IMG/VR virus record: IMGVR_UViG_3300020042_009114
Coordinates: 1 to 36,323 of that record
Origin: a virus
Lineage: Duplodnaviria > Caudoviricetes
Reading direction: 5' to 3' (one strand)
Length of the DNA stretch: 36,323 nucleotides
Both the position numbers and the translations under genes were made by a program. How positions within the stretch are numbered: the first letter of the stretch is position 1; the number at the start of each line of letters is the position of its first letter. Under the pieces are notes generated by a model. The model saw only the letters and a list, made by a program, of their open reading frames with translations, was not told the origin of the DNA and made no database searches. Of this stretch, positions 33,814 through 36,323 are shown piece by piece.

Positions 33814-35363
33814 TTAGAGAAGACCGAAGCTTGCAAATCTCGGATTTTATTGGCTATTTCTTCTTTATGTCGTCCAGCTAGGTCGAAATAAGGAATACCA
33901 CGGGAGGCAAAGCCGGAAATAAGGTTTGGGTTCAGGGCAATATTAAGTGGTTGGGGTTCAGCAAGAATTGCACCTACAAAGTTATCCCCGTTAATACCCA
34001 TTGCGCCAAAACGTTTTATTTCGCCGTAGTCGGAGGGGTTGGTTTTGATTTTCATCAGCAAGCCCTGCGCGAAGTCTTGCAAGCCCATCATATTCTCTTT
34101 TGTAAGGGGCTCGTTAGTTAGGTCGTTGACTAAGCCGGGAGGAAATTCGCCTTTTGCCGCTTTGGTCAGGAAGTTGAGCTTGTCTCGCGTAATCATGTTT
34201 TGCCCTAAGCTGCTTTCAGAGCCGGGCTCGCGTAAGCGAAAGAGAGCTTTATCTAAAGCCGTTTCAACCTTAGTAAGCTCTTGAAACGGAGCTTGTTTGT
34301 CGGCAGTTAAAAGTTTTCCGCCGTAGGGGGAGTTAACGTAATGCTCAAGGCTTTGAAACCGAGGGGATGCGTCTATGCGGAATTGATGCATAGTTCTTGG
34401 GGTGAAGCTGTCTTGCTTTTGCCCCGCTTCTTCAGCGTAAATACCGCCTTTATAGAAAGCCGAACCGAAGCGGTCGTTATAGCGGCGAGTTACGTCGCTT
34501 GTGTTAGGTCGACTTTCTTGAAGAGCTTTTTGTTTATTAGCAAGGGCCCGGGCAATCTTTTCTTGGAAAGTTTGAATGTTATCAAGGCTATCGGGATCGT
34601 TAAGCTCGACGCTGCTTTTATAGTATTCTAGCTGATTTTCTGCCCCGCGAAGGTCTTCGATTGAATCGGTATATTGACGATTGCTGCGAAGGCGGTCGCC
34701 CATATCAAAACCACCGCCAGCATAGCTGCCTTGATAGCGAGGGGAAAAGAAATCAGTAGCCCGGACGACAGAGGGTGAGGTTTTTGGATCAACCCGGCGC
34801 GGGTTTGGGATTAGGAGTAGGTTGCCAAAAGCTGTGCCAAGGTTTTCGCCGTTAGTAAGGGCAAAGGAGGGTTGGTAGAGTTCGTTTCTGAACCGAGCTG
34901 GGATGTCTGAATTTGGGTCTACTCCCATCCAAGAAGGAGTAGAAGGCGAAGCCATAAGCTTTTCAGGCTCGACAGAGTGAACGGCGATAATGCCAGACTT
35001 ATCCCCGGGAAAAAGGGCTCCAAGTTGGTCGAAGGAGGTGGGGAGTTTTTCTTTAGCCCGGGCGGCAAAGCCCCCGAAAAGAGGAATAGCCAAAGAAGCA
35101 AGTCGGCCGGTGGTGTATTCACCTGAGCCCGTGTCTTCAAGAGGGGTGTTTTTAGCCAGCCAGTCGCTAGTCAGAATGGCGTTTTTTGGCTCCCGCAGCT
35201 CGGGAAGCTCGGAGGGGTTTAAAAACCCCAGCTCTGAGCCAACGTAGCCATACCCCGCCCGGGCTAAGTTTTCGAGGTTATTAGCGGTATCCCCAAACCC
35301 GCCCATAACGTCGGCGGTCAGGCTCCGGGCAAAGCCCTTGGCTAGGTCAGCGTATTTTGGCAT
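33810..35363 (-). CDS. Large hypothetical protein, possibly virion-delivered, with a putative ART-like domain
   Basis: 517-aa ORF coupled to terL by an ATGA overlap. Gly/Ala-rich N-terminus, then AVH...PSFAL...FG.L.LI.....DP......DFFSPR. Confidence 0.65.
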   Translation of the reverse strand: MPKYADLAKGFARSLTADVMGGFGDTANNLENLARAGYGYVGSELGFLNPSELPELREPKNAILTSDWLAKNTPLEDTGSGEYTTGRLASLAIPLFGGFAARAKEKLPTSFDQLGALFPGDKSGIIAVHSVEPEKLMASPSTPSWMGVDPNSDIPARFRNELYQPSFALTNGENLGTAFGNLLLIPNPRRVDPKTSPSVVRATDFFSPRYQGSYAGGGFDMGDRLRSNRQYTDSIEDLRGAENQLEYYKSSVELNDPDSLDNIQTFQEKIARALANKQKALQESRPNTSDVTRRYNDRFGSAFYKGGIYAEEAGQKQDSFTPRTMHQFRIDASPRFQSLEHYVNSPYGGKLLTADKQAPFQELTKVETALDKALFRLREPGSESSLGQNMITRDKLNFLTKAAKGEFPPGLVNDLTNEPLTKENMMGLQDFAQGLLMKIKTNPSDYGEIKRFGAMGINGDNFVGAILAEPQPLNIALNPNLISGFASRGIPYFDLAGRHKEEIANKIRDLQASVFSK

Positions 35364-35423
35364 CTTTGTAAGGTGTTCTTTGTAAGCCCCGCCGCCGTTG
35401 GCGGATTACCTAGTTTTTAGTCC

Positions 35424-35831
35424 TTAGTAAGTCGGCTGGAGGCTTCTCATAGAATAAGTTGGTATTTTTAAGTCAAACTGTCTTGGATCGGTTTTAGTAG
35501 CGTTAAACTTTACAAGAGCTTCGGCCATTCGAGCTTGCTGGTCTTGTTTTTCAGATTCAAGCATATTTTGAATATGATCGTAAGCAGCATCCCCGGCGCG
35601 GAGGTTGTCAGCTTCTACGTTGTTGGGGTCTTTGGTTTTATAAAAACCCATCCTACCACCAACAGCCCCGGCTTTGCCAAGAAGGCCAGCCCTTGAGTTT
35701 TTCATCATAGTGCGCTGTTTATTTGTAATTTCAGACAAGCGTTGAAAAGCCTCATTTGCGTATTTAGCATACATCTCTGGATCATCGAGGGGATTCGGAA
35801 GAGGCACGGGCGAGGACATTGGATAAGGCAT
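35424..35831 (-). CDS. Hypothetical protein
   Basis: ATG at 35831 lies 1 nt after the upstream stop and has a GGAG RBS. The track's 35903 start overlaps the upstream gene. Confidence 0.6.
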   Translation of the reverse strand: MPYPMSSPVPLPNPLDDPEMYAKYANEAFQRLSEITNKQRTMMKNSRAGLLGKAGAVGGRMGFYKTKDPNNVEADNLRAGDAAYDHIQNMLESEKQDQQARMAEALVKFNATKTDPRQFDLKIPTYSMRSLQPTY

Positions 35832-35832
35832 A

Positions 35833-36210
35833 TTAAGCTCCGGGAATGTATTGGTCGATGACTTCAACCCCCCGGGAGGAGGTACGAAGCCAGGTTTTAG
35901 CATCGCGCTCGGGCGGGGGCAGGTTTACAACGTAGAGATTCTGCTGCACGGGGGCAGTTTCAGGGCGTTTATTACGATCACCGACGCCAAGCGCGGCCAT
36001 GCGGATTAGATCCGAGTTCGAAACCGGGTGGTTGTTGTCGATTTTATCAAGCAGTCGGTCTAGGGCCCGGCGAGCAATAGCGTCAAGTCGGGCTTCAATC
36101 GACGCTTTTATCTTTGGGTCAACCAGCTCCCCTTTGCGGGTGGCAGGACGCACTTGGAAGGAGCCGGAGTTGATGATAATGCTCATCCACGACTCGGTAA
36201 AACCGAATAA
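35833..36210 (-). CDS. Putative terminase small subunit, 5'-truncated
   Basis: The frame continues upstream of the track's ATG as LFGFTESWMSIIINS, resembling the second helix of an HTH, then runs into the inverted repeat. It is the first gene of the late arm. Confidence 0.5.
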   Translation of the reverse strand, partial: LFGFTESWMSIIINSGSFQVRPATRKGELVDPKIKASIEARLDAIARRALDRLLDKIDNNHPVSNSDLIRMAALGVGDRNKRPETAPVQQNLYVVNLPPPERDAKTWLRTSSRGVEVIDQYIPGA

Positions 36211-36323
36211 GCTCGGGGCAATATATGAAACGCATTATTAGGTAACTCAGGGAACCCAACGGGAACCCAACGGGACCATACCGGGAATCACTACCCCTGC
36301 CGATTATCCCCTTATCCAAGCCC
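36203..36323 (-). repeat. Inverted copy of 228-348 at the window end
   Basis: Exact reverse complement over 121 bp. Confidence 0.97.

Noticed and set aside
1-36323. Prophage or temperate lifestyle
   Set aside because: No integrase, repressor, partition genes or flanking host genes were recognised.

Overview
The window reads as a near-complete genome of a tailed dsDNA phage with podovirus-type (P22/T7-like short-tail) morphogenesis genes. I found no integrase, repressor, tRNA or CRISPR array, so it is probably lytic. It has two convergent arms. The + arm (about 1.1-14.2 kb) carries early and replication genes: a MoxR/CobS-like AAA+ ATPase with a vWA-like partner, many small ORFs, a Cas4-like Fe-S nuclease, a MazG-like pyrophosphatase, a Sak4-like ATPase with an SSB, a family A DNA polymerase fused to a degenerate uracil-DNA-glycosylase domain, and a DUF3987-like P-loop protein. 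The - arm (36.2-14.2 kb) carries terminase, portal, scaffold, major capsid, head-tail adaptor/nozzle, ejection proteins, tail fibre and a GH108 lysis cassette. The most unusual features are: (1) a 1.1-kb non-coding control region packed with host-factor sites (perfect DnaA boxes, and a perfect sigma54 -24/-12 element bracketed by a 13-bp direct repeat) in a phage with no recognisable primase; (2) tandem mini-proteins ending in (I/V)DFF, next to an SSB that lacks an acidic tail; (3) a PolA with His at the 762-equivalent position, Asp at the steric gate and a mutated UDG pocket; (4) a fully dual-coding region with a candidate -1 slippery site; (5) a possible ADP-ribosyltransferase-like gene between the terminase genes. 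The last 121 bp are an exact inverted copy of 228-348 and cut off the 5' end of the putative small terminase gene, probably an assembly or amplification chimera. All family assignments come from motif recognition by eye; no database search was run.
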